A stretch of 32,000 nt of DNA from Candidatus Iainarchaeum sp. (GTDB lineage: Archaea; Iainarchaeota; Iainarchaeia; Iainarchaeales; CSSED10-239), in NCBI GenBank assembly GCA_028700115.1, contig JAQVTI010000007.1:7690-39689 (forward strand), read 5' to 3'. A model generated the notes under the pieces. It was not told where the DNA came from. It did no database searches and saw only the letters and a program-made list of their open reading frames with translations. Shown one piece after another: positions 20,036 through 27,902 of the stretch. Position numbers and translations under genes: made by a program. How positions within the stretch are numbered: position 1 is the stretch's first letter; each line of letters starts with the position of its first letter.

Positions 20036-20755
20036 CTAATATTCAAAAACTGCAAAAATTTTATTTGTTTTTGGATCTATTTTAAAATTACTTTCAAAAA
20101 CTTTTAATTCACTAGTAGGATCCAAACCAAATTGTTTATGATTCTTAGAAATAGTTTGTTTAATTCTACTATTTAATTTACCTAATTGAGATTCAAAAGC
20201 ATCTCTTTTTTTAAAAGATAAAACTTCATTTATTGATTTTAATTTAGAATAATCAGGATAAACCATCACAGCATAACCATCTTTTCTATTAGACACACTT
20301 TTAATAGGTTCAATTACATTAATTCCAGAAGCTTTTACAATATTTGATTTTAAAGTCACATTAAGTCCAATATGATCATTTCCAGGATTCATTTTTCTAA
20401 GCACAACTGAATATTTTTCAGCACCTACGTTTAAAGAATATCTAGCATAAGTAGCTTTATCCCCTAAGGTAAAAATTCTATTTCTATTTATTAATTCTAA
20501 ACTAAATCTTCCTTTAGGATCTTTATATTTTGAAGGAATTCCTTTTCTAGAAATTAATCCAAGTTCTTTAGAAATTGCCATTAATTCTTTCATTAAACCT
20601 TTATTTTCTAAAAATAATTTTTTAGATTTAAAAGTTCCAATAACATCAAATTTAGTACCATGATGCATAGTTTGTTTTCTATCTTCTTTTATAGAATTTT
20701 TTTCTAGAACATTTTTTTTAATTTGATTTTCTCTAATTTTTTTAATTAAACGCAT
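20036..20755 (-). CDS. Third, more divergent member of the kinase-fold-like paralog family
   Basis: ENKGLMKELMAISKELG...KYKDPKGRF, YSVVLRK, GINVIEPI, YPDYSKLKSINE, FKIDPKTNKIFAVFE align collinearly with ORFs 9241-11098. Confidence 0.4.
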   Translation of the reverse strand: MRLIKKIRENQIKKNVLEKNSIKEDRKQTMHHGTKFDVIGTFKSKKLFLENKGLMKELMAISKELGLISRKGIPSKYKDPKGRFSLELINRNRIFTLGDKATYARYSLNVGAEKYSVVLRKMNPGNDHIGLNVTLKSNIVKASGINVIEPIKSVSNRKDGYAVMVYPDYSKLKSINEVLSFKKRDAFESQLGKLNSRIKQTISKNHKQFGLDPTSELKVFESNFKIDPKTNKIFAVFEY

Positions 20756-20774
20756 ATATTAACACATTCTAATT

Positions 20775-21191
20775 TTAACAAGAACCCTCTTTTAAAATAG
20801 GAATTTCTCCTGCAAGACAAGTATTTGAATAAGTTACACCATTAACAGCACAAACAGGTACATATTCCAGAGTACAAAATCTATTTGGATCTAAATTATT
20901 TAAATTAATAAATTCTCCTTTTTGACATTCATTATTAAATAATTTCCATTCCTCACATTCAGAACCATCTTCAAAAACACAAACTCCATAAGTTCCATTT
21001 TCAAAAGTTCTAAAATCTAAAGTTCCACCTAAATTATCACAATTTACAGAAGCAGGATTTGCAATTTGAACATTATCATTTCCTTCTCCTTGAGGAACAT
21101 ACATTCTAGTTTTAAAAAATATAATATAAACTAAAAATAAAACTAAAATAATACCTATTGCAATTAATGCAATTTTTAAACTCTTATTCAT
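20775..21191 (-). CDS. Membrane-anchored DUF333-like + Kazal-like protein
   Basis: N-terminal TM; NPASVNCDNLGGTLDFRTFENGTYGVCVFEDGSECEEW; CTLEYVPVCAVNGVTYSNTCLAG. Confidence 0.8.
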   Translation of the reverse strand: MNKSLKIALIAIGIILVLFLVYIIFFKTRMYVPQGEGNDNVQIANPASVNCDNLGGTLDFRTFENGTYGVCVFEDGSECEEWKLFNNECQKGEFINLNNLDPNRFCTLEYVPVCAVNGVTYSNTCLAGEIPILKEGSC

Positions 21192-21280
21192 AAAATAACC
21201 TCTTTTATTTAAATATTATAAATGTATTAAGATGCAAATATTTAAAAAGAATGTTTTTTATTAAAGGTTTTTACCTAAAC

Positions 21281-21523
21281 TTAAAAATTAGAATAAAAAG
21301 CGCAGAGGACGGGATTCGAACCCGCGTAGTCGTAAGACTCTAGCTTAGCAGGCTTGAAGAATTGTGTGCTGTTTGTGACGTTAGTGTCGTTTGTAGATGC
21401 ACTAAACAAAGCAACTCTCAGCAATTGCCTTATCAACTTAGATGCATTAATTTTTTTCTTTTTAATAAAATCATACGTATGTTTATCAAGATTAATTTCA
21501 ATTCTTTTCTTTTTTTCTTTCAT
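21281..21523 (-). CDS. Ribbon-helix-helix-like ORF running through a tRNA-Ser 3' half
   Basis: MKEKKKRIEINLDKHTYDFIKKKKINASKLIRQLLR N-terminus; start overlaps the end of the upstream gene by 26 nt; C-terminus ESYDYAGSNPVLC is tRNA-derived. Confidence 0.5.
   Translation of the reverse strand: MKEKKKRIEINLDKHTYDFIKKKKINASKLIRQLLRVALFSASTNDTNVTNSTQFFKPAKLESYDYAGSNPVLCAFYSNF
21301..21355 (-). other. tRNA-Ser(GCT) 3'-half fragment, candidate attachment site (att) of an integrated element
   Basis: Reverse complement AAGC-CTGCTAA-GCTAG-AGTCTTACGACT-A-CGCGGGTTCGAATCCCGT-CCTCTGC-G: anticodon loop, 4-bp variable arm, T-arm, acceptor 3' strand, G73. No matching GCAGAGG/D-arm 5' half upstream. Confidence 0.65.
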
Positions 21524-22502
21524 TTAAATCACATATTTTATCCCAATCATTAATTAAATCATAACCTTGATTATAATATTCATAAAATATATTTACTATT
21601 TCCTCTCTAGGAACAGGCACAATATCAGATAATTGTGATCTTTTAATAATATCAGGAGATGGAATATTATAAATTATAATTTTTTTATTTTTATCTTCAG
21701 TAATAAAATATCTATCGTGGATATCCTTTAGAGCATTATCATTTAAAATTTTGACATTAATATCTATATTTGTTAATTCTGATTTCAACTTTTTAAATAG
21801 TTTTCTGAAATCTAAATTAATATGATTTGGGGAAGTAATAATTTTAATAGACAAGACTTTATCCTTTGTATATTTAAATAAATAATCAAGGCCACTAGTA
21901 GAAAAATATTTATCAATCCAAAGTATTAAATTATTAGACCTTTCATGTATTAACTCTTCCATTGCTTTTTCATTTGAATATGGTTTATTTGGACTTATCG
22001 ATATAGAAGTAACTTCCTCGGATAACAAACCACTATCTTGATTAATAAAGTCTATACCTTCTGAAGTTATTGCTATGTGTCTACTACCTATATATTTTGC
22101 AAAACCATAATACTTTAAATAATCAAATACATAATAAAAATATAATTTATCTAAATTTAAATCATCAATAACTTGATTAAATAATACATAAGTAGAACTT
22201 TTAGATAATTGAAACAATTTATTTAAGATTTTAATTTCACATTCTTTCCTTCTTAAATAATCTGAATTATAATACTCTTTTTCAATCAAATTAGCACCAT
22301 TTTGAGAAATTGAATAGCCACCTCCTAAAGCTCTTGATTTAATTAACCCTTTATCCGATAAATACTTTAATTCTAAATGATTGATATTTAAGTTATTTTC
22401 TGAAATTACAGTATCTATAAATATTATAGAATTAAATATATTTATTGATTTTTTCTTAGCACTATCGTAAAATAATTTTAAAAATTTCAAGTTATATTCC
22501 AT
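21498..22502 (-). CDS. Winged-helix protein with C-terminal PLD-like domain
   Basis: wHTH-like repeats (LELKYLSDKGLIKSRALGGGYSISQNGANLI) and C-terminal KVLSIKIITSP...DIHDRYFIT (HDR motif). Confidence 0.55.
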   Translation of the reverse strand: MEYNLKFLKLFYDSAKKKSINIFNSIIFIDTVISENNLNINHLELKYLSDKGLIKSRALGGGYSISQNGANLIEKEYYNSDYLRRKECEIKILNKLFQLSKSSTYVLFNQVIDDLNLDKLYFYYVFDYLKYYGFAKYIGSRHIAITSEGIDFINQDSGLLSEEVTSISISPNKPYSNEKAMEELIHERSNNLILWIDKYFSTSGLDYLFKYTKDKVLSIKIITSPNHINLDFRKLFKKLKSELTNIDINVKILNDNALKDIHDRYFITEDKNKKIIIYNIPSPDIIKRSQLSDIVPVPREEIVNIFYEYYNQGYDLINDWDKICDLNERKKEKN

Positions 22503-22508
22503 ATTAAA

Positions 22509-23426
22509 TCATATCTTTATTTTTTCATAAACTTTATATGGCCAATTTTGTTCTTCAGAAATACAAGATGAAAAAGCACTTACAAAGAATAAATTTTCAG
22601 TAAATTTAGTCACATCATAATTACAATCTTTAATATTAAATACAGCTAAAATTAATCTGTTGAAATGAACAATATCTTCATTTGAGATACCTGAGAAATA
22701 AATTGAATTAATTATTAAATTTATATTATAAGTATTAACCCTATTTTCAAGATTATATTTTTTAAGAGTTTTTTTTAAAGCTAAACTAGAGGTATTATTA
22801 TTTTCATCAGCTATAGAATCATAACCTTTTGTTTTTTTATTTAATTTAATTTCTTTATTATAATTTAGTATATATTCTTCTTTAATTTGATTAAATTTGT
22901 CTCCAAATATCCAATACCCTAAATGATAATTTAGATAATTAGATTTTAATCCCTCTTTTATAATTTCTAATATATTAGTAAAATTATGATAAGGAAATAA
23001 AGGCCTATTTTTAATAGGTATAAAGTCCACAGATTGTAAGAAACTAAATAATATATCTATTTGTTTTTTATTTAGTTTAATATCAAATAAAATTTCAAAC
23101 CATTTAAAAGAAGGAATCAATGGATTACCTTTATTTGTTGTTTTCGAAGTCCATTTTATTTCTATAGAACCATCTTTTTTTTCATCAACTCTATCAAATT
23201 GATGAAAATCATTTTTATCTGGAATAGTTTCTAAGAAAAATGGCTTTATTTTTTTAATTTTATTTCTGATAGTATTATTACCTGTTACATCAGGATAAAA
23301 TATTTCTTCTAAATTTTTCTGAGTAAAATAATAATTTTCTCTAGAACCAAAAACAAATATACTAAATAAAACTTGTGAAGTTAATTTTTCATCTAATAAG
23401 TCCAATATTATATTTTTATAGGGCAT
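22509..23426 (-). CDS. Hypothetical protein, likely co-transcribed with 21498-22502
   Basis: 305-aa intact ORF, 6-nt gap to the next gene. Confidence 0.6.
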   Translation of the reverse strand: MPYKNIILDLLDEKLTSQVLFSIFVFGSRENYYFTQKNLEEIFYPDVTGNNTIRNKIKKIKPFFLETIPDKNDFHQFDRVDEKKDGSIEIKWTSKTTNKGNPLIPSFKWFEILFDIKLNKKQIDILFSFLQSVDFIPIKNRPLFPYHNFTNILEIIKEGLKSNYLNYHLGYWIFGDKFNQIKEEYILNYNKEIKLNKKTKGYDSIADENNNTSSLALKKTLKKYNLENRVNTYNINLIINSIYFSGISNEDIVHFNRLILAVFNIKDCNYDVTKFTENLFFVSAFSSCISEEQNWPYKVYEKIKI

Positions 23427-23446
23427 AATTTATCTTTCATTCTTGC

Positions 23447-23584
23447 TTACTAATTTAAAGTAAATTTAGTAATTATAACATTACTAATCCTATAAAAAAA
23501 ATAGGACCTCATAAACATCATAAGATATATATGATTACTAAAAAAAACTTTATTAGATAACTAATATAGTAATCAAAAAATATA
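23447..23584. promoter_or_regulatory. Divergent intergenic region with repeated TTACTAA boxes
   Basis: TTACTAA (23447), TTAGTAA (23466), TTACTAA (23481), GATTACTA (23533) and inverted TAGTAATC (23577), between divergent gene blocks. Confidence 0.45.
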
Positions 23585-23598
23585 TAAAGAGGTGTATT

Positions 23599-23880
23599 AT
23601 GAAAAAATATGAAAGCGGACAGGTAAGTAAAGTACATACAGGTCCAAGATACAATTTGGTAGAATTAAAAACCCCTACTGAAACACTTCAGATTTCTGAT
23701 TGGAATAAATTTCCTATAAAAGAAAATGAAGAATATACTTTAGAACTTCAAGAAAATGGTGAATTTCTAAACCTTATTTCTATAGAAGACGCTAAAGGTA
23801 ATAAATTAGAAATGAATAAAAAAGATAAAATAATTAAATTAGCTAATAAAATAATATCTGAAGCTAAGGAGGTGATCTAA
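23599..23880 (+). CDS. Small hypothetical, possibly OB-fold nucleic-acid binding
   Basis: 93 aa, beta-rich N-terminus VSKVHTGPRYNLVELKTPTETLQISDWNKF; RBS aggtg; first gene of the replication-like block. Confidence 0.5.
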   Translation: MKKYESGQVSKVHTGPRYNLVELKTPTETLQISDWNKFPIKENEEYTLELQENGEFLNLISIEDAKGNKLEMNKKDKIIKLANKIISEAKEVI

Positions 23881-24161
23881 TGCCTCTTTCTTATTATAAT
23901 ACAAAAGATACTGTGCCTTTATCAAAATTAAAAGAAAGGTACATTACAACCTTTGTTGATAATCTTAAAGACTTTGAAGAAGAAATCATTCAAAATTATA
24001 ATAACTCAAATACAAAGTTATTCATAGAAAATGACAAAGCTTTTCTAATTATCAATGAATTTTGTTTTATAATTATATATTATACTAAAAAAATAAAAGA
24101 AAAAATAGTACAATGTGTGAATGGATGTGGTATAGATGCAAGAAAACATATTTCAAAGTGA
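23880..24161 (+). CDS. Small hypothetical protein
   Basis: 93-aa ORF overlapping both neighbours. Confidence 0.5.
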   Translation: MPLSYYNTKDTVPLSKLKERYITTFVDNLKDFEEEIIQNYNNSNTKLFIENDKAFLIINEFCFIIIYYTKKIKEKIVQCVNGCGIDARKHISK

Positions 24162-25731
24162 AGATCCTATTTTTTACAATCTTAATCAAGGAGAGTTTAA
24201 AGATAACTTTTATTTTGGAAAAGTTATATCTGTTAAAAGTCAGCAAACCAATTGTGTAATATTATCTGATAGAAACTTCTTTGTAGATTATGAATCAGTA
24301 AAAGTAAAAGAAGAAATTAATGAAAATGGACGTGTTAAAAAAATAAAAGTACCTATGGGCATTAATGAGATCACTGAAAATGGATTGCACTATAGAAACC
24401 CTATTATTGATTGTAGTAATTTTTGGTCAAATGAAGCAATAAATGAATTTATCTTAAACCAAGACCCAAGAATAGATAAAACAGAATTATTTAACCAAAT
24501 AAAAAACCAGTTAATAAAATATATGGATATACACGATTCAAGGATCTATGACTTAATTACAAGCTATATTATAGGAACTTATTGTTTTTCTTTATTTAAT
24601 TCCTATGGTTATTTATTTTTAAACTGCGAGAAAAACTCTGGAAAGACTAAACTTACAAACCTAATAGGATATATGGCTTTTAACTCTATAAACGCTACAA
24701 ACCCAACAGAATCATCTCTCTTTAGGTTATGTGAATCAAATAAACCTACTTTCTTGATTGATGATTTTGAAAGAATAGAAGATGATAAACAAAAATATAT
24801 CTCTCAAATACTTAAGACAGGATATAAGAAAGGAGGACAAACCCTAAGAACAGATACAAACAATAACAACCAAGTAAGATTATTTGACTTATACTCTCCA
24901 AAAGTAATTAATAATGTAGGAGAACTAGATGAAATTACTCTTTCAAGATGTATAGTAATAAGATTACTAAGAACAAAGACAGAAAAAGGAAGATTAGAAC
25001 CAAAAGAAACAAATAAAATATGGAAAGAAATAAGAGATAACTGCTATCTGTTTATTATGCAAAACTGGAAAGAGATTAAAGAAATATACACTAATTATCA
25101 AACAGATTTATTTAACAATAGAGATTTAGAAATTTCAAAAGGAATTTTAAGTATAGCTAAGTTTATTTCACAAGAAACACATCAAAATATTGAAAGTTAT
25201 TTATTAGATAGTTTTCAAGATAGAGATTACATAGATTATTCAACAAATAAAAATTATCTTTTATTTAAAACAATGTATGATTATGTAAAAGATACTAAAT
25301 TACACACAACTCTTGAGATAGAAACTTGGATTAAAATGGAATATCCAGATATTTTTGACAAAGATAAAAAAATGAGTTATTGGATAGGTAAAACTTTATC
25401 AAAAATACCTTTATTTAAAAATAATAAGTTAAGAAGCTCTAATTCCAGACAATATCTATTATCAAAAGAGATTATAAAAGATTATATGGAAAGACAAAAC
25501 TATCCTTTTGAACTGTCACAAATGTCAGAAACAGCACCAGTTTATCAAATAAATGATGATGAAGTAAAAGAGTTATCTGAAGAGATTAGAGATACTTGTC
25601 AGATTTGTAAACAACAAACTTTTGTAAAATATACAAGTATCAAAGATATTGGAAAGAACTATTGTGACAATTGTGTCAATAGTGACATTAGAAAGCAGAA
25701 GAGTAAAGAACTTTTAGATCAAATGTATTAG
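24136..25731 (+). CDS. Replication-type AAA+/DUF927-like ATPase with C-terminal zinc ribbon
   Basis: LNCEKNSGKTKL (Walker A-like), KPTFLIDDFE (Walker B-like), C-terminal CxxC...CxxC. Confidence 0.65.
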   Translation: MQENIFQSEDPIFYNLNQGEFKDNFYFGKVISVKSQQTNCVILSDRNFFVDYESVKVKEEINENGRVKKIKVPMGINEITENGLHYRNPIIDCSNFWSNEAINEFILNQDPRIDKTELFNQIKNQLIKYMDIHDSRIYDLITSYIIGTYCFSLFNSYGYLFLNCEKNSGKTKLTNLIGYMAFNSINATNPTESSLFRLCESNKPTFLIDDFERIEDDKQKYISQILKTGYKKGGQTLRTDTNNNNQVRLFDLYSPKVINNVGELDEITLSRCIVIRLLRTKTEKGRLEPKETNKIWKEIRDNCYLFIMQNWKEIKEIYTNYQTDLFNNRDLEISKGILSIAKFISQETHQNIESYLLDSFQDRDYIDYSTNKNYLLFKTMYDYVKDTKLHTTLEIETWIKMEYPDIFDKDKKMSYWIGKTLSKIPLFKNNKLRSSNSRQYLLSKEIIKDYMERQNYPFELSQMSETAPVYQINDDEVKELSEEIRDTCQICKQQTFVKYTSIKDIGKNYCDNCVNSDIRKQKSKELLDQMY

Positions 25732-25758
25732 TTCGTTTTTTAAAAAAGAGGTGTTTTT

Positions 25759-26187
25759 ATGGTAAAAAGTAAAGAGGGTAAGGAAATATCTAAAATGAAT
25801 GCAGTTAAACACGGACTTTATTTCAAATTTTCATCATTCTTTCCTTGTAACTTATGTGTTATTAAAGATAAATGTGAAGATTATGCTCCTGGTGGAAATT
25901 GTTCAATTGATAGTAATCAATTTAATAGACTAATGAAAAAAGATGTTGATGAATTAGAAGTTATAAAACAATTAATATCATATAATCAAGTAAGACTTAT
26001 GAGAGCAACAGAGCAATTATATAAAGTTCCACAACATATTGAACTTAGTCGGATTTCAGGTGAAATACGAAATCTTATTCAAACCTATCACATTATAAAA
26101 AATCGAAAAGAGGTTTTAAAGAATGAATCTGAAGTATTGCAATCATTGCCAAAACAAAGTAAATTGTCTTTATTACCAAGAGAATAA
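25759..26187 (+). CDS. Small Cys-motif protein, terminase-small-subunit-like N-terminus
   Basis: MNAVKHGLY motif and CNLCVIKDKCEDYAPGGNC. Confidence 0.5.
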   Translation: MVKSKEGKEISKMNAVKHGLYFKFSSFFPCNLCVIKDKCEDYAPGGNCSIDSNQFNRLMKKDVDELEVIKQLISYNQVRLMRATEQLYKVPQHIELSRISGEIRNLIQTYHIIKNRKEVLKNESEVLQSLPKQSKLSLLPRE

Positions 26188-26404
26188 CTTTTGTAGAATT
26201 GAAACAAAAGTGGAAGAAGATTTATTTGGTTTTGATAATGCTAAAAGAAAGGAATTGATAATGTTTTTAGATGCTCAAAATATCGAAAATGTAAATATAA
26301 ACAGTAAATTTTTTAAAAAAGTCAGAGAAGAATTAAAAGATTTAGTTTTATTTTTTGAAGAGTTAAAAGAAGAAAAGGAGAGTGAAAAGGATGCAGGACT
26401 TTAA
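26123..26404 (+). CDS. Small Cys-motif protein overlapping the previous gene
   Basis: CNHCQNKVNCLYYQENNFC near the N-terminus. Confidence 0.5.
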   Translation: MNLKYCNHCQNKVNCLYYQENNFCRIETKVEEDLFGFDNAKRKELIMFLDAQNIENVNINSKFFKKVREELKDLVLFFEELKEEKESEKDAGL

Positions 26405-26744
26405 GAAATTAAGAGTGTGGCAGTTGAGCCGTGAGTTTGTTTCAGACATCTACAAGATAACAGCAAACTTTCCAAACCACGAACTCCATTCAATGGTAAA
26501 CCAGTTACGAAGAGCATCATACTCAATCCCTTCAAATATTGCTGAAGGCTGTGGAAAAGAAAGTCAAAAGGAGTTTAAAAGATATTTGAATATAGCACAA
26601 GGATCAATTAAAGAAGTAGAATGTTTTTTAATACTTACAAACGACTTGAACTATATCTCAGAAGAACAATTTAACGAAATAAATAAAAAGTTAGAAATAA
26701 TTGGAAAAATTAATTATAATTTAATTAAAAAAATTAATAATTAA
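26382..26744 (+). CDS. Four-helix-bundle (S23 / 23S rRNA IVP-like) protein
   Basis: FKKLRVWQLSREFV...QLRRASYSIPSNIAEG...EFKRYLNIAQGSIKEVECFL. Confidence 0.88.
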   Translation: MKRMQDFKKLRVWQLSREFVSDIYKITANFPNHELHSMVNQLRRASYSIPSNIAEGCGKESQKEFKRYLNIAQGSIKEVECFLILTNDLNYISEEQFNEINKKLEIIGKINYNLIKKINN

Positions 26745-26784
26745 AATAATAATCAGAATAAAAAAAATAAAAAAATAAGATTTA

Positions 26785-27846
26785 TCAATTAAATCTTATC
26801 TTATCAGTTACTTTTGCAATATAATCAGTAACATATCCTTCTTTTATCCTTATCTCTATAGCGTACTCTCTATCTTCAAAATCTGCATCACTATAACAGA
26901 CACTACTAAATTTAACTTCATAAGCATTATTTGCTAATATACCATCTAAAGTATAATCAGTTTGATCTACTTCTCTACAAATCACTTCATCTCCATCTCT
27001 AATATAGATATCAAAATAAGGATCTAAAATATCTATCCCATCTCCAGAGGTTATTTTTAATTTAATAAAATTTAATGAACAATAATCACTATATGTTGTA
27101 CAACGGGTATCATAATCCACTATATCTAATGTAATGTCATATCCTTTTTCAGCTTTTTCTAATAACTTAGCATATTCTGAAATAGCACTCTGTGCCCATA
27201 CAATTCTTTCATCTACATCATAATCAAATTTTTCTTTAAATAACTGCTTATCATCCAAAGAATATGAATTTAATCTTGCTAATTCTATATTCAGTATAGA
27301 ATTAATTTCAATTATTTTTTCAGCTATTTTTGCTAAATTACTTGAAGGAATTGTATATAATTCAGCCATAAGTGGATTTACAATTATTCTAAAATCAGTT
27401 CTATCAGAATTAAATTGAATCCATTTCTGTTCAATTAAAACATCATATTCAGAAGATAATTTAGTTATATTATTATTCATATCTGCTAATTTTAATTTTA
27501 ATATATCATAATTAACTTCTGTCATATCTGAAGCAGTAGAGAATTGTAAATCAGCAATTAAAAATTGTTTGTATTCTTTAGTATCTTCTTTATTTTGTTT
27601 CACACACCTATTTTTAGCATCAACTAGCTTACATTCGTAAAAGTTAGGACAACCATCTTCAACACAATTTTTACTTAATTTAACTGGATTTGTTACTTCT
27701 TCATTAGTTAATTCTGTAGAATTTAAATTAGTATCCATTTTAGTGACATTTTGGTTGTTAAATAAAACCAAAAACACACCTATTACAACAATTGCTAGAA
27801 TACCTATACCTACATATATCCATAAATTACTTTTATTTTTCGCCAT
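26785..27846 (-). CDS. Membrane-anchored Cys-containing extracytoplasmic protein, unknown function
   Basis: N-terminal TM LWIYVGIGILAIVVIGVFLVLF then CVEDGCPNFYECKLVDAKNRC. Confidence 0.6.
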   Translation of the reverse strand: MAKNKSNLWIYVGIGILAIVVIGVFLVLFNNQNVTKMDTNLNSTELTNEEVTNPVKLSKNCVEDGCPNFYECKLVDAKNRCVKQNKEDTKEYKQFLIADLQFSTASDMTEVNYDILKLKLADMNNNITKLSSEYDVLIEQKWIQFNSDRTDFRIIVNPLMAELYTIPSSNLAKIAEKIIEINSILNIELARLNSYSLDDKQLFKEKFDYDVDERIVWAQSAISEYAKLLEKAEKGYDITLDIVDYDTRCTTYSDYCSLNFIKLKITSGDGIDILDPYFDIYIRDGDEVICREVDQTDYTLDGILANNAYEVKFSSVCYSDADFEDREYAIEIRIKEGYVTDYIAKVTDKIRFN

Positions 27847-27902
27847 ATAATTTCCTCCTTAATTATTTATTAATAATTTGCACTAGAAATAAATAACTTA
27901 AT

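Noticed and set aside
21301-21450. Complete tRNA-Ser with a long intron
   Set aside because: No 5' acceptor GCAGAGG or D-arm found upstream; that region is better explained as an RHH-like coding sequence.
21362-21553. ORF 21362..21553 (+)
   Set aside because: Antisense to the RHH-like ORF and adjoining the tRNA fragment; no domain seen.
26382-26744. Avd-like component of a diversity-generating retroelement
   Set aside because: The four-helix-bundle protein has no neighbouring reverse transcriptase and I see no template/variable repeat pair in the window.
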